DNA of 64,000 nucleotides, from positions 1 through 64,000 of the forward strand of contig NMRA01000964.1 in NCBI GenBank assembly GCA_002633005.1, in the 5' to 3' direction. Of this stretch, positions 63,512-64,000 are shown piece after piece. Under the pieces are notes generated by a model. That model made no database searches. It was not told the DNA's origin and saw only the letters and a list, made by a program, of their open reading frames with translations. A program made the position numbers and the translations under genes. Each line of letters opens with the position of its first letter. The stretch's first letter is position 1. This DNA comes from Phoronis australis (lineage: Eukaryota > Animalia > Phoronida).

Positions 63512-64000
63512 AAAAGGTCCAGTTTAGTCAGGTGGCTTTCCATCATGTAACCTCGTTGAGAATCAGTAAAGTCCACAAATAAATCCTTGAAGGAAAACAC
63601 AACATCATATCATTTGTCTCTCTTTGTTCCCAAAATCTGACCATGAACTAGACCAGAGTGTTACTAGGTCTTCTTTAGCTTCAGTCCCTCATGTTTCTTC
63701 CAGGAAATGATATAAGTCAATGTTGTCCACACACAACTCATTGTCTATGAAAGGGCATCCTCACCAATGAGGCTGGCTGGTGTAGCAGTCAGCTATAATT
63801 GCTCTTCACACACAGACAATCCAAAGGCACATTTTCGTATGGTAACTTAGTACTGCTATTCAAAATTCTCCAGGGCCACTGGCTTGTACACTGTGCCATG
63901 CTACACTGCTGGTATGTAGACGACATGCTGTGGGACGAGAAAGGAGTAACAACTCTTGTCCATGTTACAGCTTGATATGGCCTTAAAAATGTCACTGAAC
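63512..64000 (-). mobile_element. Decayed Gypsy integrase / pol 3' region
   Basis: Traces of TPASLI, Q..YD and a terminal KPPD*LDL-like motif just before the LTR. Confidence 0.5.

Overview
AT-rich eukaryotic DNA from an invertebrate metazoan, judged from the repeat types and intron style; the species cannot be determined. There are two large assembly gaps. The backbone is one long minus-strand spliced gene (~56 kb to ~12 kb, possibly to ~5.9 kb) that I assembled by hand from 11 GT-AG exons. They join in frame to ~663 codons and encode 13 tandem ShK/ShKT-like six-cysteine domains with Thr/Ser-rich linkers. A decayed 14th ShK exon lies near 6 kb and an inverted paralogous ShK exon at 60.8-61.1 kb. 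Introns and flanks hold transposable elements. These are L1/Tx1, CR1/L2 and Vingi-like LINEs, two Gypsy remnants, and three families of THAP-bearing non-autonomous DNA transposons: two Kolobok-like (TTAA TSD) and one ISL2EU-like (AT TSD), with one copy of each combined in a nested insertion at 16.6-21.6 kb. There is also a Chapaev/Transib/RAG1-related transposase fragment and several MITEs. One Kolobok family has ~160-bp TIRs carrying ETS/CRE/E2F motifs that face two convergent genes, a THAP transposase and a KolX/P2X7-ballast-like gene. All calls come from reading the sequence by eye; no database searches were run.
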